Positions 25,494 through 34,271 of a stretch of 64,000 bases of DNA are shown here, piece by piece; the stretch's first letter is position 1; every line of letters starts with the position of its first letter. Origin of the DNA: a virus; IMG/VR virus record IMGVR_UViG_3300029922_000003; one strand, written 5' to 3'. The notes under the pieces are model-generated. The model did not search any database. It worked only from the letters and a program-made list of their open reading frames with translations, and was not told the origin of the DNA. The position numbers were made by a program, and so were the translations under genes.

Positions 25494-26087
25494 CTACCAA
25501 TCTGCATCATTACGAGTTGTACTCCATGGATGCTTAGTCTCCCATCTCTTCCAAGATAAAATCCTTTCATGGAACTTTGTCCCCAAGATGCGATCTGCAA
25601 TTCTAAGAATTAATGCACTTGGCCACATCACCTGCCTAATCTTCCAAGTCTCAATGATACACTCCCTCTCACCCTTGCCCATCAAGTGGTGAAGTATAAC
25701 ACAGGCTGCTGTACTCCTTGAGACCCCCGCAAAGCAGTGAATTAGAACATCATGCTCCACCTCATCATCAACAATCTTCTTGAGATCTTTGATTAGGTTT
25801 TCAATCATAACCAAATTAGGTGTATTTGGAATGTCCTCAGTAAGCATCTTATTAAAAGTAGCTTCTGTCATCACAGGTCCCTCTCCGAAGTAATCTTCCA
25901 TCACATCTGCGAACGCATGGATAGAGAACTTCGTCTTCAAGCCCTGTCTGATGGCTGTGTTCTGAATCATGATTACATCATGGATGGAGTCAGGATCGTA
26001 CAGAGAGATTAGCACTGTGGGCTTAGAGCCCTTTCTTAGCATGTCTTCTGTCTCGTGGATTCCCTTTACTGTTATACTCTTTATCAT
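25494..26087 (-). CDS. Cys-dependent protein tyrosine / dual-specificity phosphatase-like protein
   Basis: Intact HCFAGVSRS (CX5R) P-loop; downstream WP motif. Confidence 0.8.
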   Translation of the reverse strand: MIKSITVKGIHETEDMLRKGSKPTVLISLYDPDSIHDVIMIQNTAIRQGLKTKFSIHAFADVMEDYFGEGPVMTEATFNKMLTEDIPNTPNLVMIENLIKDLKKIVDDEVEHDVLIHCFAGVSRSTAACVILHHLMGKGERECIIETWKIRQVMWPSALILRIADRILGTKFHERILSWKRWETKHPWSTTRNDADW

Positions 26088-26290
26088 TGCTTCTCCTGGA
26101 TTATATTACTATTTAGATATCGCCCAATTCCATTGGGCATCCTCCATAGTAAATCCCTAAAAATCAAATGTGTCACGACATATAGCGTGCTTGTGTCCTT
26201 TGGCCAAGGAGCCCAAGGCTTTTCCTTGAACTCCTCTCTGGCCGCTTCTTCAGTTATTGACTCTGATGTCCACTCTTCGTGTGCCATCAC
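26084..26290 (-). CDS. Hypothetical protein
   Basis: 68-aa ORF, overlaps both neighbours by 4 nt. Confidence 0.5.
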   Translation of the reverse strand: MMAHEEWTSESITEEAAREEFKEKPWAPWPKDTSTLYVVTHLIFRDLLWRMPNGIGRYLNSNIIQEKQ

Positions 26291-26847
26291 TCCTCCTCTT
26301 CGTCCCCCACCCGCAATCGACTCTTGAATTTGCTGATGTGTGGAAGCTCATCTATGCCTCTATTGGCAAGAGCGTCTGCAACTTCATTTCCTGGATGGCC
26401 ATTGTGTCCTTTGACCCATGTCCACTTGGCTGACACCCCAGCCGCAGCCTTTGCAAGCCGCTGCCAGAGATCGAGGTTGGATACCTCCCTACCATTGGAT
26501 CCAATCCATCCATTCTTTTTCCACTTGTGAATCCACTCCTTCATGCCATTGACGACGTACTTACTGTCAGTGACTATTTCAACAGCGGCTTTCAATGAGT
26601 CGAAGTCAGGCATAGCGATAAGTAATTCAAGTGCCTGGACAGCAGCAGTCAACTCCATCTTCTGATTGGTTGTATTGTGCTGGCCACCATAGAGCCTTTG
26701 CTCCGTGTTGTCTGGTAGCTCTATGTACACTCCCCACCCCCCCTTGCCAGGGTTGCCACGGCAAGCGCCATCTGAATAGACGACTATGTTGTTGGGGTCA
26801 TGCCTGATAGGCTTTCTCTCCACTCTAGCTAGTTTGTTGTACAGCAT
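26287..26847 (-). CDS. rnhA: Ribonuclease HI
   Basis: YSDGACRGNPG.GGWG, TTNQKMELTA, TDSKYV, WVKGHNGHPGNE.AD.LA. Confidence 0.95.
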   Translation of the reverse strand: MLYNKLARVERKPIRHDPNNIVVYSDGACRGNPGKGGWGVYIELPDNTEQRLYGGQHNTTNQKMELTAAVQALELLIAMPDFDSLKAAVEIVTDSKYVVNGMKEWIHKWKKNGWIGSNGREVSNLDLWQRLAKAAAGVSAKWTWVKGHNGHPGNEVADALANRGIDELPHISKFKSRLRVGDEEEE

Positions 26848-27610
26848 TTGGATTTTTGTATTCGAGGTTAGATAGATTCCAATTAAATGGATTGCCATCA
26901 ATGAAATTAGGCCTGTGGTCTTGGCTTGGCGGTTGCCCCTTCCATGCCCTCAGGATTATCCCAGGGCCGTAGATGTCTGGGAGTCCGTCAGTGACATTTG
27001 ATGGGAACTGAGTTCCAGCACTATTGTGCCCAAACCTCGTGCACTCAACTGGGTCACGGTAAATGGTTCCACCGTCGACTTCATTGTTCTCAGAGAAAGC
27101 CCAAATTCTGCCATTCCTTGTGACAGCTACGCGCTTGGTTACCCAGGTAGCTTGAGACCCCTCTATTTCCCAGGGAGAGCAAACTCCACCCCATCCTATA
27201 AATGGGTTTACAACACAACCATGTGTTGCTCCATACTCAGATTTATGACATGGGTCATCCAGATCGGGACACCCCACCCCCCAAGGAGATATTCTCTCCA
27301 TTATACCACGGTCACTACGATAATGCTGAGGCCACCCCCTGAGGGCATTCTCGCTACGATTATGTATGGTACAATTCTCACCCCTGCACCTTTCCTTGCT
27401 ATGTGTGTTCACCAAGAATATATTCTCACTCCACTCAAGGAATATGCGATCACGTTCTTGCTCTTTCCTAGCCTTTGGTATTGACTCAATCAGCTTTTCA
27501 ACAATAAGAGGATCTAGCTCACTATCGATTGTTTCAATCTGTTTCTGTAGCGTGACCTTACTGCGAAGCAACTCCTCCAATCTCGATTTCTGTTTTTTCT
27601 TTGTCGCCAT
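26825..27610 (-). CDS. Hypothetical multi-domain protein with degenerate C-terminal HNH-like remnant
   Basis: CTIHN..WP..R.DRG..ER..GVG.PD block; C-terminal FIDGNPFNWNLSNLEY. Confidence 0.6.
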   Translation of the reverse strand: MATKKKQKSRLEELLRSKVTLQKQIETIDSELDPLIVEKLIESIPKARKEQERDRIFLEWSENIFLVNTHSKERCRGENCTIHNRSENALRGWPQHYRSDRGIMERISPWGVGCPDLDDPCHKSEYGATHGCVVNPFIGWGGVCSPWEIEGSQATWVTKRVAVTRNGRIWAFSENNEVDGGTIYRDPVECTRFGHNSAGTQFPSNVTDGLPDIYGPGIILRAWKGQPPSQDHRPNFIDGNPFNWNLSNLEYKNPNAVQQTS

Positions 27611-28196
27611 GTGTTATTTGTGTTGTTTGTGTTGTTTGTGTTATCGGCGGGTATTTTTCCTGCCTCTCCTTTACATAAGCTAGTGCACAACTCCATTCCA
27701 GTGGCCGATAGTTTACTTCGGGCCTCTCTACAGAAACACAGAAGTACCTAGAGTCTGGGGTCCCATCTGGAAGCAACACCTGACGTGCATGAATATGTCC
27801 TTGAAAATTGGCTATGTTAGTACCAAGAGAGCCTGGGTGAACTGGTACATGGCTCATCCAATGGCAATCAAGTCTGTGATAGGCCCTTATGTCCTTGAAG
27901 TACTTCAGGTAATCCTTAGCTTGAAATATATCGTGATTCCCCTTAATAAGCACTTTGTGCCCATTTAGCCTTGGCATCACTGCATCCATGGCTTGCTTCT
28001 TCATGGCGATATCCCCAAGGTAGTAAACCTTATCAACTGGTCGTACAATTTCGTTGTGCCACTTGATCAAGTCTTCATCCATATCATTTGGATTATCCCA
28101 AAGAGGACGAAGTGGACTACCATCTTCTCTTTTAAATTTGAATAGAGACCAATGCCCAAAGTGTGGGTCGGCCATTACAAAGATTTTATGGCTCAT
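27558..28196 (-). CDS. Calcineurin-like metallophosphoesterase
   Basis: ADPHFGH, YLGD, GNHD, SHVP, FQGHIH motifs. Confidence 0.85.
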   Translation of the reverse strand: MSHKIFVMADPHFGHWSLFKFKREDGSPLRPLWDNPNDMDEDLIKWHNEIVRPVDKVYYLGDIAMKKQAMDAVMPRLNGHKVLIKGNHDIFQAKDYLKYFKDIRAYHRLDCHWMSHVPVHPGSLGTNIANFQGHIHARQVLLPDGTPDSRYFCVSVERPEVNYRPLEWSCALAYVKERQEKYPPITQTTQTTQITHGDKEKTEIEIGGVASQ

Positions 28197-28401
28197 CTGG
28201 AAATTCTCCTGCATTTACCATCTCGTGGATGGTCGCCTTAGGTGTCATGCCAGAAGCGAAGTATGGATAGATTCTACTCCAGTATAGAGGGCTCTTCGCA
28301 CTTATCTTCCTGGGGTGGGTTCTTGGATGTTCCTTCTCCAAATCCTGCAACGCTCTCTCTGTCTCTTCTGCAAATTCTGGCAACGTCATGTTTGGTTTCA
28401 T
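28186..28401 (-). CDS. Hypothetical protein
   Basis: 71-aa ORF, tiles. Confidence 0.5.
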   Translation of the reverse strand: MKPNMTLPEFAEETERALQDLEKEHPRTHPRKISAKSPLYWSRIYPYFASGMTPKATIHEMVNAGEFPDEP

Positions 28402-28408
28402 TTGTGTT

Positions 28409-28759
28409 TTAGTGGTGAGTAAGAAGTGAATAAAAATATTGGTGGTGGAATAATATATATACTACCCCCGCACCCAACATTAACAGGGATACTTGTATGG
28501 CCCCTTTGCCAGCTCCAATCCAAAAGTATGGAGACTTGAGCATAGATGTAAATCTAATCCTTTCAAAAATCTCCATCGATTTCGTACTTGAATACAAGGC
28601 TCCGCAGATCCATGCATACTTAACTCTCTCTTCTAGCGTTGGGGTGTGTGGCCTGCCAAATCCCAAAAATCTCTGAGCATCTTGACCCCAGTGTTTTTCA
28701 ATCTCAGCATTAATAATTGACGCTGTCTCATCTATTTTGTCGGTATTGTCTTTCATCAT
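28409..28759 (-). CDS. Hypothetical membrane protein
   Basis: C-terminal hydrophobic helix. Confidence 0.55.
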   Translation of the reverse strand: MMKDNTDKIDETASIINAEIEKHWGQDAQRFLGFGRPHTPTLEERVKYAWICGALYSSTKSMEIFERIRFTSMLKSPYFWIGAGKGAIQVSLLMLGAGVVYILFHHQYFYSLLTHH

Positions 28760-28961
28760 TTGTCGTTGTGTTTGTGTAAGTTTCGGGGATACTTATTTGG
28801 ATGACTGTGTATCTGTATTCTGGACCTTGGTCTATTTCAACTTCTACTTGGTAATCCATAATCCCCATAGTGAATATCGCAATCAAGAAGATCACACGAA
28901 AGTGATTTGATTGGCTATCTTCCTCTTCGGTTGTCTTTTTTTTGAATTTCCCTGTCAGCAT
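28728..28961 (-). CDS. Hypothetical small membrane protein
   Basis: Single hydrophobic segment. Confidence 0.4.
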   Translation of the reverse strand: MLTGKFKKKTTEEEDSQSNHFRVIFLIAIFTMGIMDYQVEVEIDQGPEYRYTVIQISIPETYTNTTTNDERQYRQNR

Positions 28962-28968
28962 AAATGCG

Positions 28969-28997
28969 AAAAAAGCCCCACTAGAATTAGTGGGGCT
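28969..28997 (-). terminator. Intrinsic terminator
   Basis: AGCCCCACTA-ATTC-TAGTGGGGCT followed by a T-run on minus strand. Confidence 0.85.
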
Positions 28998-29016
28998 GGT
29001 TAGGAAAAACAGGAGG

Positions 29017-29910
29017 TTATCCCCTGTTTTTCACTCCATACAGCTTAGCAGCATCTGCCAATCCACTATCCGGCGTAAAGTTTCCCTTATCTGACGGGTC
29101 ATATGTACTGGAGTTGTACCGGCTGGGGATAATAGGGCTTGTCCTTACGGCTGGAGTTTCCATGTGTCCAAGGTCAGGTTCTTTTGGAAGCATGCTTCCT
29201 GGAGACGGCTGAGTCGCTGCCAATTGAATTAGCTTAAATGATGGTTGGTCTAGTGGTGCTGCACCATCTGGGATATTTGGGGCTCCAGGCTTAAGAAAAA
29301 TAGCGCTACCGCCATTGCTGGCTCTGTAGGTTGTCCCTGGTGCAGTTCCTTTGTACAGAACTGAAGTGGGCTTTTGAGAGTTCTCTAGGTCTTGGTACAT
29401 AGCGCTCTCCCTGGCGACATTGTCTCTAGCGCGATCAACAGCAACGCTGTGAATCATACCGGCAGTGTCTGGATTTGCACTAGGCAGAGTAAGTGGGGAT
29501 GGCTTGTACTGGCCAGGAGCAACTGCTCCGCTTTGCACCATGTCGTGCATCTGCTTAAAATTGTCGAACCCAAGGTTCTTGGAATCAAGAACGTGGTGCC
29601 TGAGGACAGAAGCTGTGTTAGCTAGAGTCTGATTATCAACCCCCCCCCCGAATGTAACTCCAGAGCCTGGGATATTGCTCGCAATCCCAGTACCTATATC
29701 GTCGATCTTCTGATTGGCCCAATCACTATACCCAGTGTGTAATTTATTGCCCCAATCTCCAACCCCCTTCCAAAAATCAAACTTAGAATCCCAAGCATTG
29801 TGCACTGTTTGTTTTATCTCATTCCAGACATCTGGCCATAGGTTGCCATTATCAGCCTTCTTTGAAAGCTCACAAAAAGTATCAATATATTCTTTTGAAT
29901 ACTTATTCAT
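29017..29910 (-). CDS. Hypothetical protein (possible virion-associated)
   Basis: 297 aa, G/P/S/T-rich; contains a G10 tract at 29640-29649. Confidence 0.7.
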   Translation of the reverse strand: MNKYSKEYIDTFCELSKKADNGNLWPDVWNEIKQTVHNAWDSKFDFWKGVGDWGNKLHTGYSDWANQKIDDIGTGIASNIPGSGVTFGGGVDNQTLANTASVLRHHVLDSKNLGFDNFKQMHDMVQSGAVAPGQYKPSPLTLPSANPDTAGMIHSVAVDRARDNVARESAMYQDLENSQKPTSVLYKGTAPGTTYRASNGGSAIFLKPGAPNIPDGAAPLDQPSFKLIQLAATQPSPGSMLPKEPDLGHMETPAVRTSPIIPSRYNSSTYDPSDKGNFTPDSGLADAAKLYGVKNRG

Positions 29911-30116
29911 TAACTATTTCCAATTGGGTCGTGCTCATTTACCATAGGACTATTCTTTGGCATCTTAGGCATGGCGAATGGAGTTGGCTTGGGAATAGCG
30001 ATTGGCTTTGGTGCGGGAGGGGGTGTGACTGCCTTATTGAGATCAAAATTGACGGTATCTGCGTCCTCGGCAAGCTTTGCAACCTCATTGAAGTATGTCT
30101 GGGCATATCGATTCAT
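29910..30116 (-). CDS. Small Pro/Lys-rich protein
   Basis: N-terminus resembles that of 29017..29910; AAGGA upstream. Confidence 0.6.
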   Translation of the reverse strand: MNRYAQTYFNEVAKLAEDADTVNFDLNKAVTPPPAPKPIAIPKPTPFAMPKMPKNSPMVNEHDPIGNS

Positions 30117-30147
30117 CCTTGAATATTAAATCAAGATTACTTATCCG

Positions 30148-30915
30148 TCAACTATGTTCGGCCTTATCCAATACGTGTTTCTTTTTTCTACCCTGTGGCA
30201 CATTAATCTCAAGAGACTTGATTACATCAAAAGGGCTTTCGTAATTTATAAAATCGTTTATCTTTGATCCAGACGAGCAGGAAACGAATCGGATACCACG
30301 AGTCTCGCATTCTTTAACTAACTTTTTAAGCGAGCTTAAAATTTCTTTATATAACCTATGATTATAATCTCTCTGCTCTTCGGTCAAATAACTGCCATCA
30401 AAGTAATGCTGAGTGGTGTTATCTAGATCTACTCCAAACAAGTAGATTGTCTTTATCCCCATCCACAGCAAAAACTGAATTGCAAATGCAAATGTGTTCT
30501 TGTCATATCGGAACATCATGTTCTCCGAAAAGTCAAAATACTGGCTAGCTTTATCAGCATAGAGTATGTCAGCAAAATTGACGTTATTTAATGTCTTAAC
30601 CTTGATGTTATTTATCAAGGCTTCACCCTGGTCTCCTGACATGATTTTAGGGAATGCCTCCCAAAACAATCTTACATCATAATTCTCTGGAGAGTCTAAT
30701 CCTGTCCAAATATCTGGTACTACAAATGGGTATGTATTGTTCAACCCCATGACAATCCTGTTGGGGCCTTTTAGGTACTTAGGGTCTATCACACGCAAAG
30801 ACGGGCCTCCGCAACACAAAAATGCTGCGAGGCCGTTAGTCTTCTTGTGGAGGTTAACCGTACGCCAAGCCTCCCCATCGTGAGTCCACAGTGGCATCAA
30901 CTGTTTATATATCAA
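30148..30915 (-). CDS. DUF115/MptE-like (Maf-type transferase fold) protein
   Basis: FLCCGGPSL, MGLNN, IYLFGVDL..HYFD motifs. Confidence 0.65.
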   Translation of the reverse strand: MIYKQLMPLWTHDGEAWRTVNLHKKTNGLAAFLCCGGPSLRVIDPKYLKGPNRIVMGLNNTYPFVVPDIWTGLDSPENYDVRLFWEAFPKIMSGDQGEALINNIKVKTLNNVNFADILYADKASQYFDFSENMMFRYDKNTFAFAIQFLLWMGIKTIYLFGVDLDNTTQHYFDGSYLTEEQRDYNHRLYKEILSSLKKLVKECETRGIRFVSCSSGSKINDFINYESPFDVIKSLEINVPQGRKKKHVLDKAEHS

Positions 30916-30941
30916 CCACTGAGATCTGCAAGTAAATACTA

Positions 30942-31775
30942 CTAGGCGACAACAAGGTCATTCCCAGGCTTCACGCCAAGAGTCCTGTCTTCGTAAAACT
31001 CTCTAAAACCAAAGATACCATCCTCGATAACACCATAGTGTTTCTCTGTGTTGATATTCCAAGCTTTGAGTAAAGTATCTCCGAATCTCAAGTGCTTGCT
31101 CTCAGGTACAGCAACTCTAGTGTGACCTAAAATTTGATTACCTGTCTCTGGGTGCATGTAGAATTCCTTGTCCCAATCGAGCCAAAGCATTCCACCAAAG
31201 TTATCCTTACCACCCCTAGACCTTCCCACTCCCCTAAGTATGTAGTTGTTCGGGTAGTCAAGGTTTCGGAAATTCTTCCAAACCTGTTCGCATTCACTTT
31301 CAACAAATTCCTTGAGCTTCATGTCCTTTGGAATGTGTTCTGGGATGATGCCGGCATGTGAAATAGTCCACCCTTGCGTCTGGTACGCTAAAGCAAAGTG
31401 CTCAAGAAAGAAGCTATCTTTCAGGTTGGCATCAAAGAAGCACTTCCTCCACTTCTTAGCCTTCTTGTGGGAATAAGAAGTTGAAGAGTATGGATTCTCC
31501 TTGCAAGAGTGAGAGGTAGATAGTGCATTGGAGGCGTATATGTATTGGAGATCATGATTCCCTAATATAAACCTTATCTTCCTCTTGTGCTCATGGTGCA
31601 GAATCAACGCTCTGAGGGCGTAACACGTTTCTTCAAAAGTTAGAACCTCTGATTGGGGCTTCTTTGTATCAACCCAATCTCCAACCGAAATGAGCTCATC
31701 AAAGTGCTCGTTATCCAAAAGCCACCTTATAGGATCAAGATCCTGGTGTATGTCTCCAACGACTAGTGATCTCAT
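30942..31775 (-). CDS. Calcineurin-like metallophosphoesterase
   Basis: VGDIHQ, VGDWVD, LGNHD, SHAG, QILGHT. Confidence 0.85.
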   Translation of the reverse strand: MRSLVVGDIHQDLDPIRWLLDNEHFDELISVGDWVDTKKPQSEVLTFEETCYALRALILHHEHKRKIRFILGNHDLQYIYASNALSTSHSCKENPYSSTSYSHKKAKKWRKCFFDANLKDSFFLEHFALAYQTQGWTISHAGIIPEHIPKDMKLKEFVESECEQVWKNFRNLDYPNNYILRGVGRSRGGKDNFGGMLWLDWDKEFYMHPETGNQILGHTRVAVPESKHLRFGDTLLKAWNINTEKHYGVIEDGIFGFREFYEDRTLGVKPGNDLVVA

Positions 31776-31802
31776 GTATTTTTGTGTTGTTTTTCAAGAC
31801 CT

Positions 31803-31828
31803 AAAAAAGTGGGGCCCGAAGGCCCCAC
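31803..31828 (-). terminator. Intrinsic terminator
   Basis: GTGGGGCC-TTCG-GGCCCCAC + TTTTTT on minus strand. Confidence 0.85.
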
Positions 31829-31847
31829 AAAATAGAGTGGACAAGAA

Positions 31848-31979
31848 CTATCCGTCTAATCTTTTTAATCTTTTTTTCTTAGCGTATTTGCTCTCCTTCA
31901 AAGAGGAGTCCTTCAACAACCGCTCCTTGCGGTCCACTTTCTGCTGCTGCTGCTGCTTTAGTCTTTTGTTTGACTTCAT
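31848..31979 (-). CDS. Small very basic protein (43 aa)
   Basis: Manual translation MKSNKRLKQQQQQKVDRKERLLKDSSLKESKYAKKKRLKRLDG. Confidence 0.45.
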   Translation of the reverse strand: MKSNKRLKQQQQQKVDRKERLLKDSSLKESKYAKKKRLKRLDG

Positions 31980-31982
31980 TAA

Positions 31983-32891
31983 TCATTCTAGTTTGGTTAG
32001 GTTGATTTTTTTAAACACGAAGCACGCTTCAGGACGAGTTGGTGTATCGTACTTGTTCGGGCTATAATAAATGACACCAGGCAACTCTGTTAGTTGCACC
32101 CCATTATTTCGTGCTGCCTCCAGCATCAGCTTTCGGATTCCATGCATATGAGCATGTACCCGAGGTGAAGAATCTCCTTTCATATCTCGCCAAGCCTGAT
32201 TACAGTCAATAATCTGATAAGCTTCGCTTTCCATTACGGGATATCCCAACCTTAATGACTTTTGGTATAATTCACTTTGAGTATTCCTCAGGTTTAGTGA
32301 GAGAGTAATCATGAATATTCCACCATCAGCCAAAATACTTTGATTCCTGAACAAGATTTCTACTTCTCGCATCTTAGGAATCGCCAGACAACCCATGTAG
32401 TCTGCGTAAATTATATCAAACTGTTTTCCCCTTCCATTCAAGATCATATGATCACAATGAAATCGGCCCTGGAGGGCTTTCTTCATTGTTTTCCCATACT
32501 CAAGCAATATCAGTTTGTAGTTTGTTCCGTGGCCAGTATCCAATTGGCGTCTTCTTATTTCGGAACGAGCGTGAACATCCTTATCTCTCTCTACACCAAC
32601 AAACACAATTATGTTGTTGGGAAAATAAGCAGCAAGCTTCATTTCCCAAATCCATAGGTCTGCTGGCAGGGACAATATGTACGTAATCCTTCCTAGTCGC
32701 TCATTACGAGCCATTAGGGACTTTAGGTGCATAAAGTTGTGATCGTCACTATCTCGTTTTTCTTTTCTTCCTATGTCCCAGCGGATAGGCAGTCTTTTCT
32801 TACTCTCTATTTCTTCTACTAGAGACTGCTGTCTTCTCTTAGGTTCTATCTTTATCATCGTTTCGGGCTTGAGTTTGTCGGCATAATACAA
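31983..32891 (-). CDS. Putative SAM-dependent methyltransferase-fold protein
   Basis: FVGVERD and FDIIYADYMG resemble class I MTase strands; glycine loop is degenerate. Confidence 0.45.
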   Translation of the reverse strand: MYYADKLKPETMIKIEPKRRQQSLVEEIESKKRLPIRWDIGRKEKRDSDDHNFMHLKSLMARNERLGRITYILSLPADLWIWEMKLAAYFPNNIIVFVGVERDKDVHARSEIRRRQLDTGHGTNYKLILLEYGKTMKKALQGRFHCDHMILNGRGKQFDIIYADYMGCLAIPKMREVEILFRNQSILADGGIFMITLSLNLRNTQSELYQKSLRLGYPVMESEAYQIIDCNQAWRDMKGDSSPRVHAHMHGIRKLMLEAARNNGVQLTELPGVIYYSPNKYDTPTRPEACFVFKKINLTKLE

Positions 32892-33412
32892 ACAATTGCG
32901 CCAGGCAAGTGTCTGTCTACAAGGGTATTAATTACAGACCACTCGCCGGCGTTAGCCCCTGACCCCATTTTGTAGGGAAGATAGACAAAACCTCCTGCTT
33001 CAGTCAATGCGGCTAAATAAGCATTACCTGCTAATTGAGCCAAGCATAGTCTAAGTGCTGAGTACTCCAGTACTCGCTGCTGACCCCTGTCAGACATGCA
33101 GAACAGCATGGCGACAAACAAAGAGCTGGTGACTGGCACGAGCAATGTTGTCCCAAGTAGATCTGCTGGGAATGGATGGCCCTTGAGGTAGGACTTGTAA
33201 AGTTCAACTACCTCTGGGTACTTTTGTGTGATTTGAAACGAAAATCCACCATCTAGATTTCCATTAACACTAACGGCATGAAGGATCATGCCTGAACTAA
33301 CTTTGATTATGTCTTGTGTTACTTGCTTCACTTGCGATGGTACGGGGAGGACTCTTGGTGCTAAATATCTGTAGCGAGTTCCAAGAGTTCCTGTCCGTAC
33401 CCCGACTGACAT
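32855..33412 (-). CDS. Degenerate macrodomain protein
   Basis: DII, ILHAVSVNGNLDGGFS.QI..KYPEV, LLG, YSAL..CL, LPYKMGSGANAGEW pattern. Confidence 0.6.
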   Translation of the reverse strand: MSVGVRTGTLGTRYRYLAPRVLPVPSQVKQVTQDIIKVSSGMILHAVSVNGNLDGGFSFQITQKYPEVVELYKSYLKGHPFPADLLGTTLLVPVTSSLFVAMLFCMSDRGQQRVLEYSALRLCLAQLAGNAYLAALTEAGGFVYLPYKMGSGANAGEWSVINTLVDRHLPGAIVCIMPTNSSPKR

Positions 33413-33741
33413 ACCGCATCAATTGGTCTAATCCCTTTGGATAGCCCTTTGGCGATTGCATCGAAGTTCGTCTTTTTGCGAAGTCGTTCGTATATAATAC
33501 GATAGACTTCATTCCAGCGCAGGTTCAAGGTTCTAGCTTTCGATCTAACAACTTTATTGATCCTTGCGCGGACAATTTCAACTTCATCATTCAAGACCTT
33601 TGATGAAGCCCTTTTTACTGGAAATGGGGCTGAAGATGCGTTCAATTCCTCGAACGCACTTACCATGTTCTTTGATGCAGTTCTGAACTGCACCACAGCT
33701 TCTGTAAAATTAAATACTAACTGATTTTTATTATTCTTCAT
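33361..33741 (-). CDS. Hypothetical protein (possible antirepressor C-terminal-like DNA-binding domain)
   Basis: RARINKVVR...W..VY...Y..L pattern; weak. Confidence 0.5.
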   Translation of the reverse strand: MKNNKNQLVFNFTEAVVQFRTASKNMVSAFEELNASSAPFPVKRASSKVLNDEVEIVRARINKVVRSKARTLNLRWNEVYRIIYERLRKKTNFDAIAKGLSKGIRPIDAVCQSGYGQELLELATDI

Positions 33742-33801
33742 TTTATGAATACTTTGGGGTTTACTAAAAAATGTATTAACTTAGCGTTGCGCCGCAACAA
33801 G

Positions 33802-34263
33802 TTAAGAAACGTACTGAGCCACGCTTTTTAAGATTCTACTAGAAAACTTAGGCGGCTTAGTGGGATGTAACGCCAATCCCAGGCGGTGAGGGGTCTTTTC
33901 GTACAATCCCTTTGCAATACTTGGACTTATGGAAATGCCAGTGGGGCAGGATACAACCAAATCTGCTTCAGAATTCCAAAAACCACGGTTTAAGAAATTT
34001 GCAATCTGCTGTGCAGTACTATCAGAGAATAGAGTAGCACCAGGATAATCAAAAGGGTCTCCATCAAAACACTCTATGCGCAGAATGTCCTGTAGAGGAA
34101 TCTTATATGACTTTGTAAGGACACGCTCGTCAATCATTGCCGACCTAGCGCTCATCTCATTTGAAGACACCAATACTACCCAGGGGGTTCTCCCCTGGGC
34201 AGCAGCGGCGTCCCGAAGGACTGCATTGAGTCCCATGTAGCAGGATGCTCGGACTGTTTGCAT
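33802..34263 (-). CDS. Tyrosine-phosphatase-like protein with broken P-loop
   Basis: F.D, AQQIANF, LVVSCPTGISISPSIA (CX5R Arg replaced by Ile). Confidence 0.55.
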   Translation of the reverse strand: MQTVRASCYMGLNAVLRDAAAAQGRTPWVVLVSSNEMSARSAMIDERVLTKSYKIPLQDILRIECFDGDPFDYPGATLFSDSTAQQIANFLNRGFWNSEADLVVSCPTGISISPSIAKGLYEKTPHRLGLALHPTKPPKFSSRILKSVAQYVS

Positions 34264-34271
34264 CTTTGTGA

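Noticed and set aside
27613-27645. 9-bp TGTTGTTTG repeats as an iteron or origin
   Set aside because: Only about three copies; explained by a TQT-coding tail doubling as the AC-rich leader of the next gene
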